Positions 1 through 8,613 of a DNA stretch of 64,000 bases are shown here, in pieces. Positions within the stretch are counted from its first letter, which is position 1. Every line of letters begins with the position of its first letter. The notes below the pieces were generated by a model. It made no database searches. It was not told where the DNA came from and was given only the letters and a program-made list of their open reading frames with translations. The stretch spans positions 1-64,000 of IMG/VR virus record IMGVR_UViG_3300027644_000003; one strand, 5' to 3'. Made by a program: the position numbers and the translations under genes. This stretch comes from a virus.

Positions 1-744
1 AGAGACAGCGTCAAAGATATGGCGGATGTAGTTGTGTAGTCGTTCTAGTGGTTCGTGCCCTGCTGCGGTTCCACCAAAGGTTTTGATTGGAGTGCCTGCT
101 GGCCTAACCTCTTTGTAATCAAATACTGGAGCCTTGCTATCTGGCTTGAGGTAAGCATTGATGAGGGCTGTGACTGATTCGACCCATCCTTCTCGGGTAT
201 CGGGTACGACATATATATCTCCTTGAATTGGTTCGTAGATTGTGAAGTCCTTGTCGGCTCCTTTATCGTCGAACCCAACTCCGACACCTAACATTGATGC
301 TTCCATTAAGAAAGAAAATGGTTTTGCTGGATTGAGCTTTGTCATTTCCATTGTAGAAACAAAAGCACAATTCTGTAACGCAGCAGAGTTTCTCTGTTCA
401 TTAATAAGGGGAGTTCCCATCATCCATAGTCCACGGCCCGGTGGAGTCCACTTCAAATTAAACAACCGGTCAAATGCTTCTTTAGCAGAAGCCGCAGCCT
501 TGGAATCTGACCAAGGAAGTCGTTGAGATTTAGCGTGATCTTTTTGTAATGAGTACATGCCATTGATAACACGTTCGCATACTTCAACCCAAGTCTCTTT
601 AGTGCCATCCTCTTTAAGACGAGAGTATGTTCTTAAGAAAGTAATTTCACCTACGCTATTACCTGCAGCATCGGAATATCCCCAAGGAACAGTCTTGTCT
701 TTATATGAGTTGACGAAGTCTTCGGTTAATTTAAAAGAAAACAA
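1..744 (-). CDS. nrdJ: Class II (adenosylcobalamin-dependent) ribonucleotide reductase, N-terminal part; runs off the left edge
   Basis: Absent from the ORF track; translated by hand from TTG at 744 behind AGAAGGG: MFSFKLTEDFVNSY...GEITFLRTYSRLKEDGTKETWVEVCERVING...KWTPPGRGLWMMG...AALQNCAFVS...MLGVGVGFD...PDTREGWVES...RPAGTPIKTFGGTAAG. These are monomeric class II RNR motifs. The frame is open to position 1. Confidence 0.93.
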   Translation of the reverse strand, partial: MFSFKLTEDFVNSYKDKTVPWGYSDAAGNSVGEITFLRTYSRLKEDGTKETWVEVCERVINGMYSLQKDHAKSQRLPWSDSKAAASAKEAFDRLFNLKWTPPGRGLWMMGTPLINEQRNSAALQNCAFVSTMEMTKLNPAKPFSFLMEASMLGVGVGFDDKGADKDFTIYEPIQGDIYVVPDTREGWVESVTALINAYLKPDSKAPVFDYKEVRPAGTPIKTFGGTAAGHEPLERLHNYIRHIFDAVS

Positions 745-783
745 AGTATTACCCTTCTCTAAAATGTTGATGTAGTTACATAA

Positions 784-2292
784 TTAGTCTATGTGATCAG
801 AGATTATTCTAGTGGTATTTTCCTCAGAAATCCCACCGTTCGGTATCTCTCTCAGAGTGTTAGCTTTATCACCAAACAATGCTGACAGTACACCGCCTGA
901 AGTTTGACGTTCTACGGTCATTCTTACAAATTCCTTGTTTTCTTCAAGTTCTTTCAAACTCTTAACAATCTTAAATAGTCTATCAATCTCTTGCCCAGTG
1001 TTAGGATCCGGGTACCCGCCATTTAGTTCTTCAGCAAATCGAGCAAATGCAACACGAGCACCTTGCATCTCAATGATGGCATTTAACAAACCCTTAAGTT
1101 GGTCTTTAGTCTTTACCTCTACTGGCAAATTGAAAGCACAAGTATTCTGTGGCTTAAATGCAGGGCAGTTAGCAGCAACAAAACATGTATCGCATTGTCT
1201 CAAAGATGCAGAGGTAGTTTCAAGCACTGGAACGTCTCTTATCAGGTCTCGTCCATCGTTATCTTTATCAATAACTGTCTTAGTATTTACTGAAAAAACC
1301 GGCAAAGTACGCGTTTCTGATGCATCTCTAACTATAACCTTAGTAGGTTCTAGAGCAGAATCTTTCCGCACCTCGAGTGCACTGTTATCAGGTTCTATGC
1401 CTAGTGTTTCCGCAGAACCTGGGTCATCTATGTGCGTGCTGTTATCAGATAACTTCTCGCCATCTACTACTGTTAGGTGTGGCGGTTTCTTTTTATCCAT
1501 TGATTTCTCCAGCTCCAGGTACGACCATATTGCGAGGCGAGTTACCTCATTACTATCATCATTAATAATCTTATCGAAGTCTAAGCCAGCCTTGTTTATA
1601 ACATTTTTATAACGAGGGCGTGCTTGGTCTTTCTGTTTCTTTTGGTATCGCACCAGTCTAGTGGTATCCCAAACTATTGTCTCACCACGCATCATTGGAG
1701 ATAGCCACGACAAAGTGCTTGCAGTCTCAAAAGGTATCTGACGTAAGTTATCAGGTTTAGCGCAAGCAATGCCGTGGAAATTGGTGCCCAGTTGGCCCTG
1801 TAGGGCCCGTGTGCGCCCTGCTAGGGTCGTATCGCTATCTATGGTGGTTCCTAGTATGGCAACGTTCTCCCAGTTATCACAGAGAGCAAACAAAGCCCTA
1901 TGCCCCATTTCAGGGTTCCATACTGGCCAGTATTTACTTCCTAGTTCCCATCCAATAGTCTTACGCTGTTCTTCAATCCAGCTAGATCCAAGCACTGGGG
2001 AATCAAACTCAACCACTCCCTCAATACGGTCATAGTTAGTTGCAATGAAGTCTTCATAGTCCGCGGCAAACTCTTCAGCTTCCCGGGTGGATAAGGTGGC
2101 GGTGGCGGCGGTTCCTGCAGTAAGGTAAATTTTTACGTCATCTGGGTACTTCTCTGATAATAGATAGGTTTTGCTTTTAGGTAGCCCACGTTTACGCAGG
2201 CCCCAAAAGCTGACACTGACATGCTTGACACCAGCATCAATTAACAATAATCTATGAGACGGTATTTCTCCGCCCATGAAAACTATGCTCAT
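784..2292 (-). CDS. TGT/DpdA-like TIM-barrel protein lacking the catalytic Asp residues, with a C-terminal four-Cys domain
   Basis: Motif order IVFMGG / IYLTAG / YEDFI / EFD / WPVWN / VAILG / FHGIA / PFETASTLSW follows phage TGT-like proteins (FLDSGAF, PVFH, HGFG, PxxSVDSxSW). C-terminal CDTCFVAANCPAFKPQNTC. Confidence 0.55.
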   Translation of the reverse strand: MSIVFMGGEIPSHRLLLIDAGVKHVSVSFWGLRKRGLPKSKTYLLSEKYPDDVKIYLTAGTAATATLSTREAEEFAADYEDFIATNYDRIEGVVEFDSPVLGSSWIEEQRKTIGWELGSKYWPVWNPEMGHRALFALCDNWENVAILGTTIDSDTTLAGRTRALQGQLGTNFHGIACAKPDNLRQIPFETASTLSWLSPMMRGETIVWDTTRLVRYQKKQKDQARPRYKNVINKAGLDFDKIINDDSNEVTRLAIWSYLELEKSMDKKKPPHLTVVDGEKLSDNSTHIDDPGSAETLGIEPDNSALEVRKDSALEPTKVIVRDASETRTLPVFSVNTKTVIDKDNDGRDLIRDVPVLETTSASLRQCDTCFVAANCPAFKPQNTCAFNLPVEVKTKDQLKGLLNAIIEMQGARVAFARFAEELNGGYPDPNTGQEIDRLFKIVKSLKELEENKEFVRMTVERQTSGGVLSALFGDKANTLREIPNGGISEENTTRIISDHID

Positions 2293-2753
2293 TCAAATCT
2301 CTTAACATTACTCCCAAGTTCAGCCGCCATAAGTGCAGCTCGTTGGTTTTCAACCTCATCGGCCAGGTCTTGCCAAGGCCGCACTTCTCTGGAGGTACGT
2401 ACAAATTTAGGTGAAGCAAAGAGCATAGTTGGTATGCCTTTAGACAAAGCGTAAGCACACCGATCCGCATCCGGATCTACAAATAGGTCGACTCGTCCTT
2501 GAGCTTGAGCTATAGCTAGCTGCCGGTTACGTAAGTCTTGCCCCTCAAAGAAGTATCTATCATCATAGATATCTCCGTACCCAACTATCAGGTTAGAGCG
2601 CAGCCAGTGATCTGTCTGCTTAGGGCTTTGATCCGAGGCAATTATGACCCGGTAATGTTGTGCGAGAATACGAAAAAGCTTGACGCCCTCCGCTATTGGA
2701 TCGCCTACTTCTGTTCTTAGTACTCCGTCTAATGCTACGAATGCTGTGGCCAT
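2289..2753 (-). CDS. HAD-superfamily fold protein with degenerate motif I
   Basis: FVALDGVL (DxDGxL with Ala in place of the nucleophile Asp), IIAS (motif II), LFVDPD (motif IV). Confidence 0.6.
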   Translation of the reverse strand: MATAFVALDGVLRTEVGDPIAEGVKLFRILAQHYRVIIASDQSPKQTDHWLRSNLIVGYGDIYDDRYFFEGQDLRNRQLAIAQAQGRVDLFVDPDADRCAYALSKGIPTMLFASPKFVRTSREVRPWQDLADEVENQRAALMAAELGSNVKRFE

Positions 2754-2761
2754 TTAATACT

Positions 2762-3022
2762 CTAACAATCCCACTTTCTAAGTGCTAGTGCCTTGCGAGT
2801 TGGTTTACCGTTTTTATCTTTCATAGGTCCTGGCATACCGCCCATACGTGCGCAAAATGATTTACGACGTGCAGCAGACTTAGGAGACTTTTTTGCTTGT
2901 TCTGATGAAACAGGTGGCTTTAAGTTATGTCCTTGAGCCTTGGCCGAAGCACGACCTTTAGCGTTTAGTCCACCCTCTGGGTTTTTACCTTCTTTGCGTT
3001 GCCATGCTGGTGATTTAGCCAT
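2762..3022 (-). CDS. Small basic phage protein, DUF6321-like
   Basis: AWQRKEGKNPEGGLNAKGRAS...RRKSFCARM...LALRKWDC matches a recurrent phage protein family. Confidence 0.75.
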   Translation of the reverse strand: MAKSPAWQRKEGKNPEGGLNAKGRASAKAQGHNLKPPVSSEQAKKSPKSAARRKSFCARMGGMPGPMKDKNGKPTRKALALRKWDC

Positions 3023-3890
3023 GGATTCTCCTTAGTAGTGTGTTCGTATCGGGTAACTCTATGCCATAAGTCTGAAGTTGTTTCTGTTTCTCTGCTTCTG
3101 TTTTAGAATCTTTTATTGCACGTAAATCTTGAATAATCCCAGAACGTTTACCTGCTTGCCATCTGTAGTTATTAAAATCAGAATACCCGGCGCCTATGCG
3201 GCTGAAGGCAACTTTTCGTCCTGCATGGATATCATCAAAGAATGTAGATACTTGTGACTCAGCTAATTTAAGCCTACGTTCTGCGTTCAATCTATGAGCA
3301 GGGTTAGTTGCTCCACGAACTTCTTGAAGAGCTGAGGCGTGACGAGATAGCATTTCTTTAGCTGTTGACTCATCTCGTTTTGCTTTTTGTTCCCAAGCAC
3401 GGACATAAGGAGCGGTCATGTTTCTTTCAGGTTTTACTTCCCAAGTGTCCGCAATTAAATCATAAGCTGCGTATGGGTTAATATCTCTAATGTCTGACTG
3501 TTCGTTAACGTAGTATGTTAATTCATAGCCTTCCCAATTACGAGTTTTAGGCATAAGGTCTGCATTAAATCCATCGTTTATTGAAGATGCAATCTCTTGA
3601 TTAGAAAAACTTGCGTAATCTGGGTTGGACTGTCTAAAAAGGACATAGTTAATTCCTACTAAACAATCTAAATCTCCAGGAGCTCTAGCTGCTTCCCACT
3701 GATACGAAACTCCGGATCCTGCGATCCAAGCTCTGGTCCAAGTATGCGGCGATACATAATTTGTTGCAAAGTGTTCAAAGAGCATTGATAGAATGCCAGT
3801 ACGTACCCAGGGTTTTAAACCCTCATCATCAAACAGCTTTGGATCAAGCTGCTCTGAAGGCCTACTGAAGTAGGAGGTTGCAAAGGTCAT
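3015..3890 (-). CDS. Pol-beta-superfamily nucleotidyltransferase
   Basis: WIAGSGVSYQW...PGDLDCLV is the hG[GS]...DhD signature; ELTYY supplies a candidate third carboxylate. Confidence 0.7.
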   Translation of the reverse strand: MTFATSYFSRPSEQLDPKLFDDEGLKPWVRTGILSMLFEHFATNYVSPHTWTRAWIAGSGVSYQWEAARAPGDLDCLVGINYVLFRQSNPDYASFSNQEIASSINDGFNADLMPKTRNWEGYELTYYVNEQSDIRDINPYAAYDLIADTWEVKPERNMTAPYVRAWEQKAKRDESTAKEMLSRHASALQEVRGATNPAHRLNAERRLKLAESQVSTFFDDIHAGRKVAFSRIGAGYSDFNNYRWQAGKRSGIIQDLRAIKDSKTEAEKQKQLQTYGIELPDTNTLLRRIHG

Positions 3891-3914
3891 AGTCCTATTC
3901 TTTCATAACAAGAC

Positions 3915-3940
3915 AAAAGGCAGGCCCCTAAAGGCCTGCC
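3915..3940 (-). terminator. Intrinsic terminator
   Basis: Minus strand GGCAGGCC-TTTAGG-GGCCTGCC followed by TTTTGTCTT, just after the 3960 stop codon. Confidence 0.8.
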
Positions 3941-3959
3941 CGTTGTGTAAATTGTTAAA

Positions 3960-4283
3960 CTACGCGTTTTTCTTTTGCGCTTCCAGGGCTTCTAAACGAG
4001 CAACCGTGTATTCGGCAGCGGCTTGAGCCTGAAGGTCTGCAATAATTTCTGAAGCATATCGACGAACCTCTAACAAGGTAATCTCTCGCTCAACTGGCAT
4101 AGAGAATAGAGTGCGGTCACGCTCTACAAATACGTGCCCGTCAACATCGATCAAAACTGCAAAACCTGTTGCAATCTTAGGTGGGATATCTGTTACTTCT
4201 GGTTCTGGATTAAGAGTTTCAAGCAGTTCTGCTGAATCCTCAATCTCTGCGTTTACTGTACGTTCGTTTGACATTGAAGCCAT
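3960..4283 (-). CDS. Hypothetical acidic protein
   Basis: ORF with AAGGAG RBS, in operon context. Confidence 0.75.
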   Translation of the reverse strand: MASMSNERTVNAEIEDSAELLETLNPEPEVTDIPPKIATGFAVLIDVDGHVFVERDRTLFSMPVEREITLLEVRRYASEIIADLQAQAAAEYTVARLEALEAQKKNA

Positions 4284-4295
4284 TAGTTATTCTCC

Positions 4296-4877
4296 TTATT
4301 CATACAATCCAGCGGCCTTGCGCTGCTGGGTTACGTAGTGACTTTTTACTGGACAGAAATCGCACAAAAATACGCTGGTACCTGCTGACTTAGCAGCAGA
4401 CATCAGACCGGCTTCTTTACGAAGTTCAGCGGTGTTCTTTGGAACAAGTCGCTTGTTCTTTGCACGCCAATCAGTACATCCTTCTTTTGGTCGAAGGTGC
4501 TCACTATAGCACTTCATAGCATCGTCATAGAACGTCGCCTTAGTAGTGTAGTAGTCCGGGTCAATATCTGCAAGGCCCCCGCCTACCTTGTTGCGTAGGT
4601 TCTCAATAACCTGCTTCTTAACTTCAGGGCGAGAGTAAAGTTTTACACCAATTTTAGCTAAGAACCCCGTGTGAGGTATACCGGCAGATTGGTGATTTTC
4701 TACAAGAATGCTTAAAGTTACGTCATCATCTGGGTTGCCTTCAAAATCTGGCAACTCTTCTATAGTCTTACAGTTGTAGCAATACAACAAGCGGAGCTTA
4801 GGACCATCGTCCTTGATCTGCGTGTACGTTCCTTCGTCTGCAGGCTTGCCGCCTTGACCTAAAATAGGTATAGTCAT
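4296..4877 (-). CDS. Hypothetical protein with Zn-binding Cys motifs
   Basis: CYNC...H and C...H...C...CDFCP. Start moved to the ATG at 4877, which follows GGAGG. Confidence 0.75.
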   Translation of the reverse strand: MTIPILGQGGKPADEGTYTQIKDDGPKLRLLYCYNCKTIEELPDFEGNPDDDVTLSILVENHQSAGIPHTGFLAKIGVKLYSRPEVKKQVIENLRNKVGGGLADIDPDYYTTKATFYDDAMKCYSEHLRPKEGCTDWRAKNKRLVPKNTAELRKEAGLMSAAKSAGTSVFLCDFCPVKSHYVTQQRKAAGLYE

Positions 4878-4914
4878 ATTATCCTCCGAATTAGTAGCCA
4901 CATACTACTACATA

Positions 4915-6066
4915 TTATTCCGGTCTAGGTACGTCGTTCCAATCAACTTTAAAAGCTTTATTTCTACTCTCAGCCATCTTAGTTTTTTTGGCTTCAATTC
5001 CCCTGAGGCGGTCTGCTTCTGTGTTTAGTGCAATAGTTTTAACTGACCGGTCGGTTGATCTTTTTTTACTTCTTTTAGAAGCAGTAATAGTAGCCTCATC
5101 ATCTGGTGCTCCAGGAGTTTCAGTAGGATACGCAGTTATAGGCATTTGATCCAAAGTAACCTTTAATGCTTTTCTTTGTACCTTTCCAGGTAAAAATCCT
5201 TTATTAGATGGTGCAACATCTGACTCATCTTTTGGAGCTTCTTCTACAACAGGTTTTGGTTTACGCCCACCCCTGGTGTTAGGTACTCCAGCCTTATTAA
5301 AATTATAGGTAGTACTTGACTTAGGTACGCCTTCTACACTTCCGTCAGTGCCTGCTACCTTACGTCGTAAAGAAGCTAGTCTTGAATAAGATTCTCCAAG
5401 AGTTACGTCCTCCCCATCAAAATCTACAGTTGGTGCAACAGAAGCTGGAGGGGTATGACCCCCGTGAGCCCTAACTTTTTCTAGAGCTGTCTCTAAAGCG
5501 TTTGCTCGAGTTTGAGGAGTTGTACGTGCCATAACCTCTTCAAAGTGCGTAGAGGCTTTTCCTCCGCCTTTTCCTAATTCTTCAGTAGACCTTCCCCACA
5601 ATATTTCGTCCCCCGACATGCCTTTTTTATAAAGACCTCTTTCAAGTTCAGTGCGTACTAGTCTATTTTGTTGAGCTCTATGAAAATTGTGTGGCTCTAC
5701 ATCTTCTGGAGTAATGCGACGGCTAGCTACATCATATCCGCCTTTTTCTAAAGCACTATTCATAAGTCTTGTGTGATGCACTGGGCACACGGCCATTACT
5801 TGATCAGATCTTTCTCCGGGCAAACGAATAAGATGTGAAGCAGGGCCTTCGTGACCGTCAGCACTGGAAGTTGCTTCACAGTCAATGTGCTGTTTAACTC
5901 CGTGCATTTTTAAATCTGAACGATAAGAGAGGGGAACCCTTGCCGCCAAATCTGACATATCTGCAGTAGAACTTTCAGGGGTGTGCTGTACAACCTTACG
6001 TGGTTCTTTTTGAGGAACTATTACATTAGCTGGAAGGGATGCACGTTCTTCTGGACTTAATGCCAT
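4915..6066 (-). CDS. Hypothetical protein with possible Zn finger and a basic low-complexity C-terminus
   Basis: 383-aa ORF, C...H...CPVH, tightly packed against neighbours. Confidence 0.75.
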   Translation of the reverse strand: MALSPEERASLPANVIVPQKEPRKVVQHTPESSTADMSDLAARVPLSYRSDLKMHGVKQHIDCEATSSADGHEGPASHLIRLPGERSDQVMAVCPVHHTRLMNSALEKGGYDVASRRITPEDVEPHNFHRAQQNRLVRTELERGLYKKGMSGDEILWGRSTEELGKGGGKASTHFEEVMARTTPQTRANALETALEKVRAHGGHTPPASVAPTVDFDGEDVTLGESYSRLASLRRKVAGTDGSVEGVPKSSTTYNFNKAGVPNTRGGRKPKPVVEEAPKDESDVAPSNKGFLPGKVQRKALKVTLDQMPITAYPTETPGAPDDEATITASKRSKKRSTDRSVKTIALNTEADRLRGIEAKKTKMAESRNKAFKVDWNDVPRPE

Positions 6067-6068
6067 AG

Positions 6069-6287
6069 TTAGTACCCTTCTGGTTTACGTGAAGCTTTCT
6101 TACGAGCAAATGCTGCTAGTGATACTACGTTTTCGCCTAAATGTTCTGATGCTCCGTGCTCAAAGTGAGCGTTGCGAGCTTTGTTATCCATATCAGATAA
6201 GTTTTGATCAAAGAATTTATGGCCAGAGTCCTTAAGCCCGCGATGTGCAGGGTGTTTGTCAGACGGTGTGCCCATATCATCATTCAT
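6069..6287 (-). CDS. Hypothetical protein
   Basis: ORF with 2-nt gaps to both neighbours. Confidence 0.7.
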   Translation of the reverse strand: MNDDMGTPSDKHPAHRGLKDSGHKFFDQNLSDMDNKARNAHFEHGASEHLGENVVSLAAFARKKASRKPEGY

Positions 6288-6289
6288 AG

Positions 6290-6616
6290 TTACTTACCTT
6301 TTTTAAATGGATTCTGTGTCTGTTCTTTACGAGAGCCTTTAGTTAAACCGCCCAAAGATTTGTCATTATCTTTGTTCATTTTATAATCTTTTTTAGGACC
6401 TTTGTCATCTCCGCCTGTAGGACCTTTTTTAGGAGGCTTAGGAGGATTTGCTCCACCACCAGCAGCTGCAGTTTTAGGCTTATCTTTTTTCTTAGTCTCA
6501 ACGTACATTGATTTTTTACGTTCAGGTAAACCTTTTCCTCGGTCGCTATCACTTAGCCCTATTCGACCTATTGGCTTTAATCCTTTACTTGGCTGCTGTT
6601 GTGCGTGTCCGGACAT
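6290..6616 (-). CDS. Lys/Gly/Pro-rich basic protein
   Basis: Start taken as the ATG at 6616 (MSGHAQQQP), 1 nt after the upstream stop. Confidence 0.7.
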   Translation of the reverse strand: MSGHAQQQPSKGLKPIGRIGLSDSDRGKGLPERKKSMYVETKKKDKPKTAAAGGGANPPKPPKKGPTGGDDKGPKKDYKMNKDNDKSLGGLTKGSRKEQTQNPFKKGK

Positions 6617-6617
6617 T

Positions 6618-6902
6618 TTAGTTAGTGGCGCCCATTTGATTGTTGTAAGTATCTGCAACAGGCATTGGTGCACGACGAGAAGCAGCAGTTTTATCTGACA
6701 AAGGATTAACCTTTGTAGTTGCTTCTTGCTCAATAAAGTCGTAGTTCCAATATGGGTTTAGACCGCTGCGGTTTGCACGCATGATGTCGTCGCCAGTAGA
6801 AGGATCGGCTACAGTTGTGTTAGGACGAACCTTGCGGTACTTCCCATCTGTTGCTCCCTCATTCATAGAGGTATTAAGTGAGCGTGATTCGTTAGTTGCC
6901 AT
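6618..6902 (-). CDS. Hypothetical protein
   Basis: TAATG stop/start overlap with the upstream gene. Confidence 0.75.
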   Translation of the reverse strand: MATNESRSLNTSMNEGATDGKYRKVRPNTTVADPSTGDDIMRANRSGLNPYWNYDFIEQEATTKVNPLSDKTAASRRAPMPVADTYNNQMGATN

Positions 6903-7111
6903 TAGTTATCCTTTTTCTTAGGTGAAACTACTTTTACAGAATCCATTGGTTCACGGTATTGATTAGCTTTTGCTCCACCACTTGTCCAAGGATCTGCTGC
7001 ACGAGCATCATTATCTTTTTTAGCGGCGCCGGTGGCTTTAGCTAAAAGAGCAAGGCCATCTGGTGATTTAAATCCTTTACGTACTTTTTCACGACGAGGT
7101 ACAAAACTCAT
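6902..7111 (-). CDS. Small basic hypothetical protein
   Basis: ATGA overlap upstream, TAATG overlap downstream. Confidence 0.7.
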   Translation of the reverse strand: MSFVPRREKVRKGFKSPDGLALLAKATGAAKKDNDARAADPWTSGGAKANQYREPMDSVKVVSPKKKDN

Positions 7112-7233
7112 TTTTTTCCCGCTTTCTTTTTCTTCTTAGATTCTTTCTCCTTGTCAAGGTCAGCCTTGGTCTTTACCTTTAGGGGTACGACCTTGTACTT
7201 AGCGTCCTTGCCGTCTGGAGTCTTGAGAGCCAT
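7108..7233 (-). CDS. 41-aa Lys-rich peptide
   Basis: MALKTPDGKDAKYKVVPLKVKTKADLDKEKESKKKKKAGKK. The longer start in the track overlaps the upstream gene. Confidence 0.6.
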   Translation of the reverse strand: MALKTPDGKDAKYKVVPLKVKTKADLDKEKESKKKKKAGKK

Positions 7234-7264
7234 AATCTCAGTATCTCTCTTTTTTAAGAGGTTG

Positions 7265-7555
7265 TCAGCCTGTTTGCTGTTTACGAACTCTAGGTCTAAT
7301 AACTCTCTTAGTTCTAGCCACATACTTAGCCGTGTTCCTACGACGAGCTGTAGCCTGTTCTGATCCTGGGTTAAGAGTGGTGGACTGCCCCGCTTGCCAT
7401 TTTCCTGCAGACTTGCGGTCCCAAGTCTCAACTGAGCTAAAGTCTCTACGTTTGATAGCAGCTACGGTGTGTACTTTACTTACCCGTGCCTTCTTTGCAC
7501 CGGACGGAGTAGCACGACGGGGAGGTTTTCCTCCGGAGTTTGCTTTAGTTGCCAC
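7265..7555 (-). CDS. Arg/Lys-rich basic protein
   Basis: GTG start after GGGAG; strongly basic composition. Confidence 0.65.
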   Translation of the reverse strand: MATKANSGGKPPRRATPSGAKKARVSKVHTVAAIKRRDFSSVETWDRKSAGKWQAGQSTTLNPGSEQATARRRNTAKYVARTKRVIRPRVRKQQTG

Positions 7556-7718
7556 TCATAGCTCCCTTCATATGCTTTCCATACAAAGCGTTTCTGCAGC
7601 TAGGGCACATCTTGCCATCTGTGTACATTGCTTCAACTGGGGTCATAAATAGGCCGCACTTAGGACACTCGACGCTACCATCATAGATAGTTTCTGTGCT
7701 GTAAATTTCTTTTACCAT
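7545..7718 (-). CDS. 57-aa Zn-ribbon protein
   Basis: Absent from the track: MVKEIYSTETIYDGSVECPKCGLFMTPVEAMYTDGKMCPSCRNALYGKHMKGAMSGN, with two CPxC pairs. It fills the gap between neighbours. Confidence 0.75.
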   Translation of the reverse strand: MVKEIYSTETIYDGSVECPKCGLFMTPVEAMYTDGKMCPSCRNALYGKHMKGAMSGN

Positions 7719-8062
7719 ACTGACTCCGATACGTTTCGGCTAGTGCCTTGGTATGAAGTTGGAGACTGTGAGTAATCTGTTCTTGTTGGTTCGAATTGAG
7801 CGTCGACATCCATTACATCCATAATGCCAATAGCACGAGTACGGTATCCGTATCGTGGGCGGAACAGTTGTATCTGAGGAAGTGGTGGTCGAACAATGTC
7901 TTGGATCATTTCTTTAGGCAAAGTTACTGAACGTACAGCCCTTGTTAAAAGCGCTTCTTGTGTGTCAGCAAATGGTCCCATGTAATCGTAACGGATCTGT
8001 GGATCCTCAGAGAGAATGGGACGACCTTTACTATGATCATAAACTGAATCTTGTGATGCCAT
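7712..8062 (-). CDS. Hypothetical protein
   Basis: TAATG coupling with the upstream gene. Confidence 0.75.
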   Translation of the reverse strand: MASQDSVYDHSKGRPILSEDPQIRYDYMGPFADTQEALLTRAVRSVTLPKEMIQDIVRPPLPQIQLFRPRYGYRTRAIGIMDVMDVDAQFEPTRTDYSQSPTSYQGTSRNVSESVW

Positions 8063-8604
8063 TACTGGAACCTCGGCTTCAAATGCTGGAAATGCTTAGC
8101 TGTTCTAGGGTGGAACTCTGCAGGTACGTTCGCAGATACATTTGCTTTACCATCATTAACTAAGTGTGGTGCCGGAGCAAGGTTTTGATTTGGTGCGTGC
8201 CTACGAACATGCATAAGAAGACTACCGTCTTCGTCAGATACTGTTGGCTTAACTTTTAATCTACGATCTGGTTTAAAATCTTTTGGCCAACCGTACTCGC
8301 CTGGATCAATTCTTTCGCCCTTGTGTACACCACGTTGATAGCCGCGTTGATTCTGTCTTGCTTTAAGAGAATCAAGAACGTTGTCAGCGGTCGCATAAGG
8401 CTTACCCTTATCATCACGACGTGAACGTATTGTTCCTAAGTAACCATCTGGATACTCGGCTTGTGGCGCACGACCAACACCCATACGCATGAAGTCCATA
8501 GAACTTCTAGGTACAACAGGCGTACCTCCACCACCAGTGGTGGTGTAGGCGCCAATGTAACCGCTAGCTCCGAGGTATTGCCAATTTTGATGTGAGGAAG
8601 GCAT
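8062..8604 (-). CDS. Hypothetical protein
   Basis: 180-aa ORF, probably leaderless (TAAACT 6 nt before the ATG). Confidence 0.75.
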   Translation of the reverse strand: MPSSHQNWQYLGASGYIGAYTTTGGGGTPVVPRSSMDFMRMGVGRAPQAEYPDGYLGTIRSRRDDKGKPYATADNVLDSLKARQNQRGYQRGVHKGERIDPGEYGWPKDFKPDRRLKVKPTVSDEDGSLLMHVRRHAPNQNLAPAPHLVNDGKANVSANVPAEFHPRTAKHFQHLKPRFQ

Positions 8605-8613
8605 ACCTAAAGT

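Noticed and set aside
45-775. Short track ORFs 45-287, 242-526 and 557-775
   Set aside because: They are shadows of the nrdJ frame (1-744, minus), which the track missed because it runs off the window edge.
935-2035. Plus-strand ORFs up to 225 aa
   Set aside because: Antisense to a coherent minus-strand gene, Ser-rich shadow composition, no recognisable motifs. The same applies to plus-strand ORFs throughout the minus-strand operons.
784-2292. Calling this an active DpdA with 7-deazaguanine DNA modification
   Set aside because: Both catalytic Asp positions appear substituted, and no folE, queD, queE or queC is in the window.
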